From: an uncultured Candidatus Saccharibacteria bacterium
GTDB taxonomy: Bacteria; Patescibacteriota; Minisyncoccia; Phycocordibacterales; CAYSCM01
Direction of reading: 5' to 3'
NCBI GenBank assembly: GCA_964429815.1
Contig: CAYSCM010000001.1
Span: forward strand, 96,001 to 160,000
DNA: 64,000 nt
The position numbers were made by a program, and so were the translations under genes. Each line of letters opens with the position of its first letter. The first letter of the stretch is position 1. Below, in pieces: positions 55,542 to 64,000 of this stretch. Under the pieces are notes generated by a model that had not been told where the DNA came from, searched no databases, and was given only the letters and a program-made list of their open reading frames with translations.

Positions 55542-57206
55542 ATGAATGCTACGATTATTTCCATGAACCCGCTTGCGGACGAGTTGCGCGCCGTCGTGAA
55601 GGGAGAGGTCCTCGATTCTCCCGAGGCACTCGAGCGCGCAAGTCGCGATGCCAGCCTCTTTCGCGTCGTGCCGGAGGTGGTAGTACAGCCGCGCGACGCG
55701 AATGATCTCTGCACACTTGTGCGGTTTGCGACAGAACAAAAAAAGGCCGGCCGTCACATCTCCCTCACGGCGCGCTCCGCGGGCACCGACATGAGCGGTG
55801 GCCCCTTGGGAGATTCCATCATTGTGGATATGACGGCGCACTTTACCCGCACCCTTGAGGTGGGAGAGGGGTACGCTATCGTCGAGCCAGGCGTCTATTT
55901 CCGCGACTTCGATGCGAAAACGGCCGAGAAAGGGCTTGAGCTTCCAAGTTATACCGCATCCCGGCGAATAAATACCGTAGGCGGTATGGTCGGCAACGAT
56001 TCCGGGGGCGAAAAAAACCTCAAGTACGGTAAAACCGCCCGCTACGTCGAGGAGTTGGAGGTAGTGCTTGCGGATGGCAAAACCCACACGCTTCGCGCCC
56101 TCGAGGGCAAGGCTCTCGGCAATAAACTGCGCGAGGAAAGCTTCGAAGGGGAACTCTACCGGAAGGTTGCAGCGCTCCTCCAAGAGCATCGTAGCGAAAT
56201 TGAACAGGCCAAGCCCGTCGTGTCGAAAAATTCCTCCGGCTATGCGCTGTGGGACATTGGCGACGGAAGCAGCCGGCTCGATCTCGCACGGCTCATGGTG
56301 GGCTCGCAAGGAACGCTTGGCATCGTGACCAAGATGCGCTTCAAGCTCGTACGCCCGAAGCCCTATTCGTCGATGCTCATCATCTTCCTGCGCGACCTTG
56401 CCGACCTGCGTGAGCTTGTTCCGGCTGCGCTTACCCACGGACCAGACAGCTTTGAAAGTTACGACGACAAGACCTTTTCGCTTGCCATACGATACTTCCC
56501 TGAATTCGCCGCGCAGCTTAAATCCGGCGTCCTCGGGCTCTTCCTCTCCTTTCTTCCCGAACTTTGGATGCTCCTGCGCGGTGGCGTCCCGAAGCTCGTT
56601 CTTCTCATAGAGTTTCGCGCCGAAACGCAAGCAGAAGCGTTTAATGCCACAAAGCGTCTGCAGACTGATATCGAAAAGCTCGGACTTCACGAAGCCATGC
56701 GCATCTCGCCCGACGAACGGCATTCGGGTAAATACTGGGCCATCCGCCGCGAGAGCTTCAACCTGCTGCGTAAAAAGGTGCGCGGCATGCGCACCGCTCC
56801 CTTTATCGACGATTTCGTGGTGCCCCCCTCCTCACTCCCTGAATTCCTTCCAAAACTTCAGGAGATCCTCTCGCGCTATGATCTTACCTACACCGTGGCG
56901 GGACACGTGGGTGACGGGAATTTTCACATCATTCCGCTCATCGACCCAAAGCGCGACGGTATAGCCGAGCTCATCGAGAAACTGAGCCACGAGGTGTATG
57001 AGCTCGTGCTTTCCTTCCATGGTTCAATAACCGGAGAACATAATGACGGGCTCGTGCGCACCCCGTGGGTCCCGAAAATGTTCGGCCCCGTCATGCTCTC
57101 ACTCTTTGTCGACGTGAAGAACATGTTCGACCCGCTCGGCATTTTCAACCCGGGGAAGAAAGTCGGGACGACCTTTGCGCAAGCACAGGCGCACCTTGAC
57201 CTATAA
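55542..57206 (+). CDS. FAD-linked oxidase (GlcD / D-lactate dehydrogenase-like, FAD_binding_4 + C-terminal oxidase domain)
   Basis: …VVQPRDANDLCTLVRFATEQKKAGRHISLTARSAGTDMSGGPLG…, …VEPGVYFRDFD…, C-terminal …HVGDGNFH…. ATG is 3 nt after tRNA-Ser. Confidence 0.8.
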   Translation: MNATIISMNPLADELRAVVKGEVLDSPEALERASRDASLFRVVPEVVVQPRDANDLCTLVRFATEQKKAGRHISLTARSAGTDMSGGPLGDSIIVDMTAHFTRTLEVGEGYAIVEPGVYFRDFDAKTAEKGLELPSYTASRRINTVGGMVGNDSGGEKNLKYGKTARYVEELEVVLADGKTHTLRALEGKALGNKLREESFEGELYRKVAALLQEHRSEIEQAKPVVSKNSSGYALWDIGDGSSRLDLARLMVGSQGTLGIVTKMRFKLVRPKPYSSMLIIFLRDLADLRELVPAALTHGPDSFESYDDKTFSLAIRYFPEFAAQLKSGVLGLFLSFLPELWMLLRGGVPKLVLLIEFRAETQAEAFNATKRLQTDIEKLGLHEAMRISPDERHSGKYWAIRRESFNLLRKKVRGMRTAPFIDDFVVPPSSLPEFLPKLQEILSRYDLTYTVAGHVGDGNFHIIPLIDPKRDGIAELIEKLSHEVYELVLSFHGSITGEHNDGLVRTPWVPKMFGPVMLSLFVDVKNMFDPLGIFNPGKKVGTTFAQAQAHLDL

Positions 57207-57228
57207 GGGTATACTACAGAGAAGTTCT

Positions 57229-57711
57229 ATGGAGACCATTTCGTGGCAGGCCTACGAGTACGAGCACCGAGAGCGCAGTGCCGACTGGTACTGGGCGCTC
57301 GGCATTCTCGCCATCGCCGCTGCGGTTACCGCGATACTTTTCAGCGATATTCTCTTCGGGGTCCTTATACTTATCGCCGCGTTCACGATGGCGCTCTTTG
57401 CCGCCCGGCCGCCGCGACTCCTCACGTTTGAGATCGGAGAGCGGGGCATCAAGGTCGGCCGTCACTTCTTTCCTTACCTATCGCTCCATTCTTTCTGGGT
57501 CGAAACCGGACATGAGGGGCATCGCCCTGCGCTCATTTTACGCTCCAAGAAGGCGCTTTCCCCGCACATCGTGCTTCCGCTTTCCTCACGAAACCCCTCC
57601 GTCCGCTTCCCCGACCCGCACGAGGTGCGCGATAGCGTGCTGAGCAAGCTTCCGGAGGAAGAGCAGCGTGAATCGCTCGCAGAGCATCTCCTTGAATTCT
57701 TTGGATTTTAA
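57229..57711 (+). CDS. membrane protein (160 aa), hypothetical
   Basis: Two TM helices after METISWQAYEYEHRERSADWYWALGILAI…. Confidence 0.45.
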   Translation: METISWQAYEYEHRERSADWYWALGILAIAAAVTAILFSDILFGVLILIAAFTMALFAARPPRLLTFEIGERGIKVGRHFFPYLSLHSFWVETGHEGHRPALILRSKKALSPHIVLPLSSRNPSVRFPDPHEVRDSVLSKLPEEEQRESLAEHLLEFFGF

Positions 57712-57875
57712 ATGAAAACCGCCCCGCCTTTTGCGGGACGTGTTGTGCGTGCATTTGTGCTTTTCCGGCGGGAGCGAGCTTATATTTTGAAATGCCTTAC
57801 GGATAGCCGGCTTGTTGAGCAGAGAAACTCCGAGCACGAAATATCGTGCATTTCAAAATATATGCGAGCGGAGTT

Positions 57876-58586
57876 CTATTGCTCTTGAAAGCGCGGGACG
57901 ATTCCCACGGTGACCGCGCGGGAAACAGCACCACCGCCTGAGGCAATGCACGATAGCGTGTACGTGCTCTGTGAGGTGAGGGCTGGTGTATGGGTCGTGC
58001 CGGATAGGCCGGAGCTAGAGACTCCTGGCCCGGCAATGGAACAACCGGTGACGTTGCTTGCCGACCACGTGATGGTAGAGGCTTCACCCGAGCGGACAGT
58101 CGCCGGATTCGCCGTCACGGAAAGGCCTGCCGTGCTTACGGTGACATTCACGGTCGCTTGACTGCCGTTGCTGCAAACGAGAGTGTAGGTCGTGCTTGAG
58201 GAGGGCGTTACGTTGACATTTCCGGACGTAGCTCCGCCGGTCGAAAAGTTGCTACCCGAGGAGCTTGCGGAGTTAATGCAGCTCCAGGCGAGCTTCACGG
58301 TGCTTCCGGAAAGGATCGTAATACTTGAGCCCGAGCCGCCGCCACCCGGCGTCTGATCAGTGCCCGTAAAGGTTGGGGTGCACTCGCCTGCAATATGCGC
58401 ATAAGAAGGGCATGAAGCGGGAACGACGCCGCCTCCCGAAGCTCCATTTGGCGAGTACGCGACGACCCCGAGCTCTACCGAGTTTTCCGCGAGGGGAAAC
58501 GGGCTCTGTGTTGCCATGACGAGAAGTGCGACAACGCCAAGAGAAAAGATGAGGACGATTTCCCGGACGCCGAGAGATTTACCCAT
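57876..58586 (-). CDS. secreted Ser/Thr/Gly-rich protein with Ig-like repeats
   Basis: Signal anchor, repeated …TYTLVCSNGSQATVNVTV… / …TYTLSCIASGGGAVSRAVTV… beta-sandwich-like segments. Confidence 0.5.
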   Translation of the reverse strand: MGKSLGVREIVLIFSLGVVALLVMATQSPFPLAENSVELGVVAYSPNGASGGGVVPASCPSYAHIAGECTPTFTGTDQTPGGGGSGSSITILSGSTVKLAWSCINSASSSGSNFSTGGATSGNVNVTPSSSTTYTLVCSNGSQATVNVTVSTAGLSVTANPATVRSGEASTITWSASNVTGCSIAGPGVSSSGLSGTTHTPALTSQSTYTLSCIASGGGAVSRAVTVGIVPRFQEQ

Positions 58587-58622
58587 GTTCCTATGATACG
58601 TAAAGTGCGCCAGCGCAGGAAA

Positions 58623-59345
58623 TCAGTTCTCAACAAGGGCTAGGTTGCGAGCGATCGCGCTCCTCATTTCGGAAACACCGTGCGCTGCGACGGCTGGGTC
58701 ATTGCCGGGATACGCTCTATCCCACTGCTCCGGCGTGAGTTTTGTGGCTGCAACTTTGGCCGCGAGAAATTCCTGCCGCGCCTCTTCCCTTTTGCCGAGG
58801 TTGAGGAGGGCCGAACCATGCGAGAGGAGGAGCCATGGGTTCGCAGCATCAAACTGGAGTGCGTAGCGCGTCTGCGCCTCAGCCTCGGCAAATCTTCCCT
58901 GCGAGAAATACATCCAGGCGAGGTCATTATTGGCGGCCCAATTATGCGGATCCCAGGAGAGAAACGTTTGGAAATCCTTCTGCGCCGCCGGGTAGTTTTT
59001 CTGGTAGCCCTCAATAAGCCCCCGAATGTAGTAGGAGGCCATAAGCGAATTTCCGTGAAGTTCGAGTTGTTTGTTGATCTTCACGAGCGCCGAATCGAAA
59101 TTCCCTCGTAAAAAATCGATGCGCGCGAGCTGATGCCACGCATCAGGCACCGAGGGATCAAGCGCAAGCGCCTTCTCAAAATAGTTCTGCGCACGATCGA
59201 GGTCATACTCCCCTTTTCCATCAACATTAAAGTAGTAGTTTCCGCGTTCGAGTGCCTGCTTCGCTGTGAGTGAGATGGGGACTGTGAGAAAAGCTCCCAC
59301 CCCCCAAAAAGCCAAAATTGAGAAGCCCAAAATCCATTTCATCAA
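58623..59345 (-). CDS. TPR-repeat protein, secreted
   Basis: Signal peptide and 4-5 TPR units (…AWHQLARIDFLRGNFDSALVKINKQLELHG… etc.). Confidence 0.75.
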   Translation of the reverse strand: MMKWILGFSILAFWGVGAFLTVPISLTAKQALERGNYYFNVDGKGEYDLDRAQNYFEKALALDPSVPDAWHQLARIDFLRGNFDSALVKINKQLELHGNSLMASYYIRGLIEGYQKNYPAAQKDFQTFLSWDPHNWAANNDLAWMYFSQGRFAEAEAQTRYALQFDAANPWLLLSHGSALLNLGKREEARQEFLAAKVAATKLTPEQWDRAYPGNDPAVAAHGVSEMRSAIARNLALVEN

Positions 59346-59484
59346 GTAATTGTACGACAGAGACCCTTGAAATCCTTCTTTCCTATTGGGAAATATCGAA
59401 GTGTCTTGACAAAACTACAAAAAAGGTTATAGTGGTTTCCAGATAGGCTCTCGCGGTGAGAGCCCCAACCAGGAGTATCTTTCC

Positions 59485-59961
59485 ATGAAAATCGCCTTCT
59501 TGGGGTTCATCGCGGCTCTCGCCGCGCTGAGCTCCCCCACTCTTGCGTCGGACCCCGTTCCTGTAAACGAGGCGCCGTACGCGAAGAAGCTTCGTCCCGT
59601 GCAGCTCGCGGCCGATCCGGCCATGCCAACCAAGGCGCCGATGGGCCAGGATCTCATGAATATCTTGGCCATCTGTTCGACAAAGTCTCCGGGCGGCATT
59701 CCGGGTCGGTACTCTGCGGGACGCAGCGGTCGCACCTGGATCCATGTGAGCCGGGATGCCAGCGGTAAGTTCATCGTCAAGACCAAGAACGACTTTTCCA
59801 TCTTGGTCCTCACCGAGGTCAACAGTTATTCGGTGAACGGCATGAACATCACCGTCAAGACGATGCAGACGACCTGGACCGCTAGCTACGATCCCGGCTC
59901 GAAGAGCCTGTCGGGCTCCATGCCGGGCGGTACGCTCACATACGACCTCAGCGGCTGTTGA
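59485..59961 (+). CDS. small secreted protein (158 aa), hypothetical
   Basis: Signal peptide MKIAFLGFIAALAALSSPTLASD. Confidence 0.5.
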   Translation: MKIAFLGFIAALAALSSPTLASDPVPVNEAPYAKKLRPVQLAADPAMPTKAPMGQDLMNILAICSTKSPGGIPGRYSAGRSGRTWIHVSRDASGKFIVKTKNDFSILVLTEVNSYSVNGMNITVKTMQTTWTASYDPGSKSLSGSMPGGTLTYDLSGC

Positions 59962-59987
59962 GGTTCCTGCCCGACAAACGAAACCAG

Positions 59988-60018
59988 GGCACGATTCGCT
60001 AGAATCGTGCCTTTTTTT
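59988..60018 (+). terminator. rho-independent terminator (GGCACGATTC-gcta-GAATCGTGCC-TTTTTTT)
   Basis: Perfect 10-bp stem plus T7 run, 27 nt after the stop at 59961, at the composition boundary. Confidence 0.7.
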
Positions 60019-60061
60019 CTTTAACTGTTTGCTTCAGGCAATTGAGCTTCTATACTATTTT

Positions 60062-61492
60062 ATGAAAATGACCGAGGAACTTAAAACGATTTTTTATTAC
60101 AACGTACTTGAAGGAATAGAAAAACTGGTTCCGAAGTTTGTTTTTGATGAAAATAGAATTGCTCGTAATGACACTTCTTTCAAGGTCTACTTGCAAACAC
60201 TAAAACTCTATACGAGGATTCTAACTTCTCTGGACCAACAAACCGACTCTCTGTATCGAAAATTCGAGGAGAAGCGCCTGCGTAAGATATTCGAACTTGC
60301 GAACCAAACCACTTGGTGGCAACAATATTTTAGAAAGCACAACATTAATCCTTCTCTGCTCCGAAGCCTCGCCGATCTTGCTCTCATTCCACCTATTTCG
60401 CGATTTGATCTCGTAGATCTCCCCAAAAAAGATCTCCTCCTTTTTTCTGAAAACGACCCACACCTAGTATGGAGAAGTTCTGGCGGAAGCACTACCGGCA
60501 CTCCATTTCAATGGGCTCTCAATAAAAATCTACTTACATTTCATGTAATGGCTAGATTCGTCACTGCCTTTGAAGAGCACTCCCTATCTTTTGATACTTT
60601 TGCTACCAAAGGAGCTTATACGGAAATTAATTATCCACATGGATCCCATCGTTCCGAATTTAAATGGTTTTCGATTGGAGACTATTTTGCGTGGAGTGAC
60701 GAAAAAGAAAGCGGATCAAAATTGAATCATCTTGTCTCAATTCTTCAAAAGAATGAGCCTTTAATAGTCCGCATAATTCCAAGTGAACTTCATTGGCTTA
60801 CGGGAGAGTTTAAAGAAAAGAACCTCTCCATTCCTGTAGCTCTTTTTTCAGTTACAGGACAGCAGCTGCAACCCGGAGTTAGAAAACTTGCTGAAGATTA
60901 TTTTAAATGTCCCGTGCTCGTCCATTATGGAGCTCAGGAGATGGGGCCTCTATCGCTCGAATGTAAAGATGTGCATGGTTACTACCACATTTTTCGCGAG
61001 CGTGTAATTGTGGAAATTCTTGATACCGAGGGCAGATCTGTGCCCCCAGGTAGTGAGGGAAACCTCACAATAACAGTTCTCGACAACACCGCCATGCCTC
61101 TTATCCGTTACCAGCCCGGTGATTTGGCTGCGCTCCATACTGATATTTCCTGTTCTTGTCGTAATAGATCACCACTTTTGGAGATCCGAAGTCGATCTAC
61201 CGACGTATTTAAATTCGACAATGGAGAGATCCTGCCAGCAAGAAATGTTTTAAGAATTTTTGGTAGTGAACCACTTGTTTCTTTAGTAAAACGGTTTCAG
61301 GTACGTCAAGAACAGTTTAATTCCTGCGCCATTTTAATCCAACCTCGCGATTCGATATCCGAGAATGTTATATCTATACTTCGAAACAAGCTGCATGCGT
61401 TTTATGGAGGGAAACTCAAGGTCACGATTAAAGTAGTACACCATCTCCAACAAGATGGGAGGAAGTTTAAGGTGTTTGTGCCATTGAAATAG
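60062..61492 (+). CDS. CapK/PaaK-like adenylate-forming enzyme (phenylacetate-CoA ligase / coenzyme F390 synthetase family)
   Basis: Family-typical …WRSSGGSTTGTPFQWA… phosphate-binding motif, with …YQPGDLAAL… and C-terminal subdomain. Start at MKMTEEL (60062) or MLQAIE (60029). AT-rich. Confidence 0.65.
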   Translation: MKMTEELKTIFYYNVLEGIEKLVPKFVFDENRIARNDTSFKVYLQTLKLYTRILTSLDQQTDSLYRKFEEKRLRKIFELANQTTWWQQYFRKHNINPSLLRSLADLALIPPISRFDLVDLPKKDLLLFSENDPHLVWRSSGGSTTGTPFQWALNKNLLTFHVMARFVTAFEEHSLSFDTFATKGAYTEINYPHGSHRSEFKWFSIGDYFAWSDEKESGSKLNHLVSILQKNEPLIVRIIPSELHWLTGEFKEKNLSIPVALFSVTGQQLQPGVRKLAEDYFKCPVLVHYGAQEMGPLSLECKDVHGYYHIFRERVIVEILDTEGRSVPPGSEGNLTITVLDNTAMPLIRYQPGDLAALHTDISCSCRNRSPLLEIRSRSTDVFKFDNGEILPARNVLRIFGSEPLVSLVKRFQVRQEQFNSCAILIQPRDSISENVISILRNKLHAFYGGKLKVTIKVVHHLQQDGRKFKVFVPLK

Positions 61493-61494
61493 GA

Positions 61495-62286
61495 TTAGTT
61501 TGGAAATTCTGCGAGTTCGCACAGGCGATCATAGAGATTTTGAATTTTTTTTGGAACACTCGTGGATACAAATGTTCGTTTCCTTTCTGGTTTTATACTT
61601 TCGGTATTAATTTTTCCTCCAATTACGTTCGCCAACTTGTTGAGTCCGTCCGGAGAATAGAGCTGGTCTAAATGCATGAATAGCCATGAATCGCCCTTTT
61701 TAAAATGTTTTTCCAAGATGTGCTCATTAAGGCAAAACCAAGCTTCTAAACTCTTTTCATAGTTAATTTTAAACTCTTTCATAAGTTCAAACTCATCTAC
61801 AAACCTAAGAATACTCCGCGCCGTCTCTGCCGGATGTCTAAACATACAAACGAAGGTGGTTTTAGGAATAAAGGGTTTCCAAGCGCTTAGAGTGTAAGAA
61901 AATCGTGGATCTTTTAGGCAAAAGGGTGTTTTCTGAACCTGCCTTAAGATCTCTTGCTCCTGCGTTTTGGTGGCAATAATGGGTTTATCAAGGGGAATGC
62001 GTGCCAACCAGCGTTGCCATCGCTTAGGAATATGAAAATAGTTAGAATCATGTTCGTGTGGTCGTGCAGGCACTACATTCGACAGAATATCCTCATTAAT
62101 CGATCGAATGCTTATCGACTCAAAGGTTCCATCGGGATTTGAAACTCTCGGCGGAACAAACTCACCCCCAGAATAGTAGTGCGGGTTTCCCCTTATAATT
62201 GCTCCCGCCGCGGCACTTGTGCCACTCCTTCCACACCCAAGCACGATGACATTTCTCATTCGGCGATTATACCTGAGGAAATTCAA
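61495..62286 (-). CDS. sulfotransferase-family protein
   Basis: PAPS 5'-phosphate-binding loop …VIVLGCGRSGTSAAAGA… near the N-terminus and a …RHPAETARS… 3'-phosphate-binding-like region. Confidence 0.6.
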   Translation of the reverse strand: MNFLRYNRRMRNVIVLGCGRSGTSAAAGAIIRGNPHYYSGGEFVPPRVSNPDGTFESISIRSINEDILSNVVPARPHEHDSNYFHIPKRWQRWLARIPLDKPIIATKTQEQEILRQVQKTPFCLKDPRFSYTLSAWKPFIPKTTFVCMFRHPAETARSILRFVDEFELMKEFKINYEKSLEAWFCLNEHILEKHFKKGDSWLFMHLDQLYSPDGLNKLANVIGGKINTESIKPERKRTFVSTSVPKKIQNLYDRLCELAEFPN

Positions 62287-62330
62287 TATATGCGATTTTC
62301 CTAGGAAAGGATTTAAAATGAAAGAAGTGG

Positions 62331-62555
62331 ATGGAGGAACCTATGTCGGAACAAACAATCTCCCCGAGACTTTACGCCTGGATTGTATGGACTACACTCT
62401 GCGCCACTGTTCTTTTTACAGCCAGCGCTTGGTGGATAACAGACGGAGATGTCAAAGCGATTTTTACAACTTTTACTCTTTCGATGGTGCTAATCCAACT
62501 CGTTCTTTGGTTGTGCGTTTTTTTTCTCAAAAAACACCCCTTTTTCTCCAAGTGA
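62331..62555 (+). CDS. small two-TM membrane protein (74 aa), uncertain
   Basis: Hydrophobic ORF in the gap between sulfotransferase and oxidase. Its 3' end overlaps the convergent oxidase gene by ~66 nt, which lowers confidence. Confidence 0.25.
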   Translation: MEEPMSEQTISPRLYAWIVWTTLCATVLFTASAWWITDGDVKAIFTTFTLSMVLIQLVLWLCVFFLKKHPFFSK

Positions 62556-64000
62556 AGTACTTGATACCTCGGGAAACCGAGGTTCTTTTTTTCTAAGTAG
62601 TGGTATATACCTGCCAGGGGAAATGATATCTCGTGAATCGATGGCTTCTTTTATTTTTTTTGCAACTTTCCAAAACTCTACGTCTTCTTTAACTACAAGG
62701 TGCATATGCTTTGCTGTCGCCCTTTGAATCTGTGCTCCAGCTTCTTTTGTACGATACGCGAGCATCTCATAACATGCGTGTGCTCTCTGAGTCTCCTCCG
62801 GGGAGCTCTTATTGAAAAGAATAGTACAAGAGATGAAAAGTGTCCGATCCGAAAAGTTCAAAAGGTTTATAATGGGATCGATTTGAAACTTTGCTAATAT
62901 TTCATGCGCAATAGTCAAAAAACGATTAATATTAGTTTTCTGCATTGGGAGAACCGTCGCAAAGAGAATAAATCCACATTCTGGATCAGAGTCATAATTT
63001 AAATTTTTATTTAAGAAATTCTCCCGATCAAGGGGGGACATCCCTCCAATTTTTTTCCAAAAGGGAAGTATCGGATTTCTAGCCGAATGATTTCCTTCAA
63101 TCGAACTCAAATATGAAATCACCATAGGCATAAATGCTAGGTGTTTTTGAAACCATCCTGGAGTAATTTTTTTGAGTAAACGTAACCAAAAGCTGAGGTT
63201 TGAGGAAAAAAAACTTATCCGTGACGAATGGGGGTGATAAAAATCGTAGACCGTACGCCGAGCCGCCTTGACGACCGATCGAGGTCCTTGAATACTTCCA
63301 AAGACGATCCATTCAGAAAGCCCATTTTTTCGCAAGTATATACGAGCAATATGTTCATGTATTGCCCTTCCCGATGCGGCGTACTCTTTTTTATATTCTG
63401 TCAACCTCGTCAAAGTTCTACCTGGACCCTGAATCTTAATTGCTGGGACGATTCCAGGTAATCGTTGCAATACTTCTCGAGAGGCATCAACGATGTCCCC
63501 GACAGCATCGTTTTGTTTTGTAATAATGAAGAAAGTTTCCGTATATTCCTGTTTGCGCGAGAGAGCAAATGTTGCCCTTGTTACAATGCCCAAGTTGCTT
63601 TGCGCAAAGAGTCCATCGATATACGGACCAACTCCCCATTTGTAGAAGGCATCCGATATTTCTTTATCTGGATCAATAAGCGGAGATTTATACACATCTC
63701 CGTTAGGAAGTACCACCTCAATTCCAATTAGAGACGAAAACCGGTCGACGGGCATAGTTGCACTAAGTCCACGTTCAAGCATATTTCCAATAAGGCTCGA
63801 TGACGGTCCGGCACCCGTAAGAGGGGGTAAAAATTCAATCTTATGCTTGGTAAGAAAATGCTCGAGCTCTCCCGTAGTAACTCCGGGTTCAACGGTAATA
63901 AAACCTAGGTCGGCATGCGGTGCAGTGATTTTCTTCATATTAGATAGATCAAGAATCACCGCACCTTCAATGGGTGGGGTCGCGCTACCATAGCCCCAAT
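62490..64000 (-). CDS. FAD-linked oxidase (FAD_binding_4 / PCMH-type), N-terminus beyond window end
   Basis: …GYGSATPPIEGAVILDLSNMKKITAPHADLGFITVEPGVTTGELEHFL… is the FAD-binding PCMH signature. The frame is open to nt 64000 with no stop, so the gene is truncated by the window. Confidence 0.7.
   Translation of the reverse strand, partial: WGYGSATPPIEGAVILDLSNMKKITAPHADLGFITVEPGVTTGELEHFLTKHKIEFLPPLTGAGPSSSLIGNMLERGLSATMPVDRFSSLIGIEVVLPNGDVYKSPLIDPDKEISDAFYKWGVGPYIDGLFAQSNLGIVTRATFALSRKQEYTETFFIITKQNDAVGDIVDASREVLQRLPGIVPAIKIQGPGRTLTRLTEYKKEYAASGRAIHEHIARIYLRKNGLSEWIVFGSIQGPRSVVKAARRTVYDFYHPHSSRISFFSSNLSFWLRLLKKITPGWFQKHLAFMPMVISYLSSIEGNHSARNPILPFWKKIGGMSPLDRENFLNKNLNYDSDPECGFILFATVLPMQKTNINRFLTIAHEILAKFQIDPIINLLNFSDRTLFISCTILFNKSSPEETQRAHACYEMLAYRTKEAGAQIQRATAKHMHLVVKEDVEFWKVAKKIKEAIDSRDIISPGRYIPLLRKKEPRFPEVSSTSLGEKGVFFEKKNAQPKNELD

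Noticed and set aside
55413-56723. 436-aa minus-strand ORF
   Set aside because: Antisense to the FAD-linked oxidase (FAD_binding_4 motifs on plus) and overlaps tRNA-Ser.

Overview
This 64 kb window looks like a chromosomal segment from a small, streamlined bacterial genome. A Candidate Phyla Radiation / Parcubacteria-like organism is my inference from gene content and architecture, not a database result.

Contents, in order:
- The first ~700 nt are the 5' part of a 23S rRNA gene on the minus strand, with no 16S gene adjacent.
- Most of the remaining window is housekeeping genes:
  - ribosomal proteins L10, L7/L12, S6, S18, L11, L19, plus SSB, with SecE and NusG;
  - four aminoacyl-tRNA synthetases (MetRS, GlyRS, IleRS, ArgRS);
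  - FtsK, RecA, RecO, RuvX, TatD, EF-P, an ECF sigma factor, a DEAD-box helicase;
  - a thyA / HIT / dCMP-deaminase / nucleotidyltransferase / folA block;
  - UppS, an RluA-family pseudouridine synthase, a pilM-pilN-pilO(-like) type IV pilus operon, and five tRNAs (His, Leu, Val, Arg, Ser) between 46 and 55.5 kb.
- Several large Thr/Ser/Gly-rich secreted or membrane-anchored proteins, including a 1163–1173-aa protein with a peptidoglycan-binding domain.

Standout observations:
1. The isoleucyl-tRNA synthetase ORF carries an in-frame ~200-aa histidine-phosphatase (phosphoglycerate-mutase-like, RHG/SH motifs) domain. It is inserted inside the catalytic core, between the conserved W-ISR-RYW-PIPIW segment and the DLHR...IPEV-DCW-ESGSMP segment.
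2. From ~60.0 kb to the window end the sequence becomes sharply AT-rich. This stretch encodes a CapK/PaaK-like adenylate-forming enzyme, a sulfotransferase and an FAD-linked oxidase, and is probably a horizontally acquired modification/biosynthetic island.
3. The ribosomal-protein operon is split, with secE-nusG-rplK about 34 kb from rplJ-rplL, and neither rplA nor rpoB is adjacent.
4. The 3' end of tRNA-Val is duplicated 157 bp downstream, which looks like an att-site remnant.
5. An HNH endonuclease gene abuts tRNA-Ser.
6. A high-GC orphan gene sits between two tandem terminators next to secE.

No CRISPR array, transposase or integrase was recognised.
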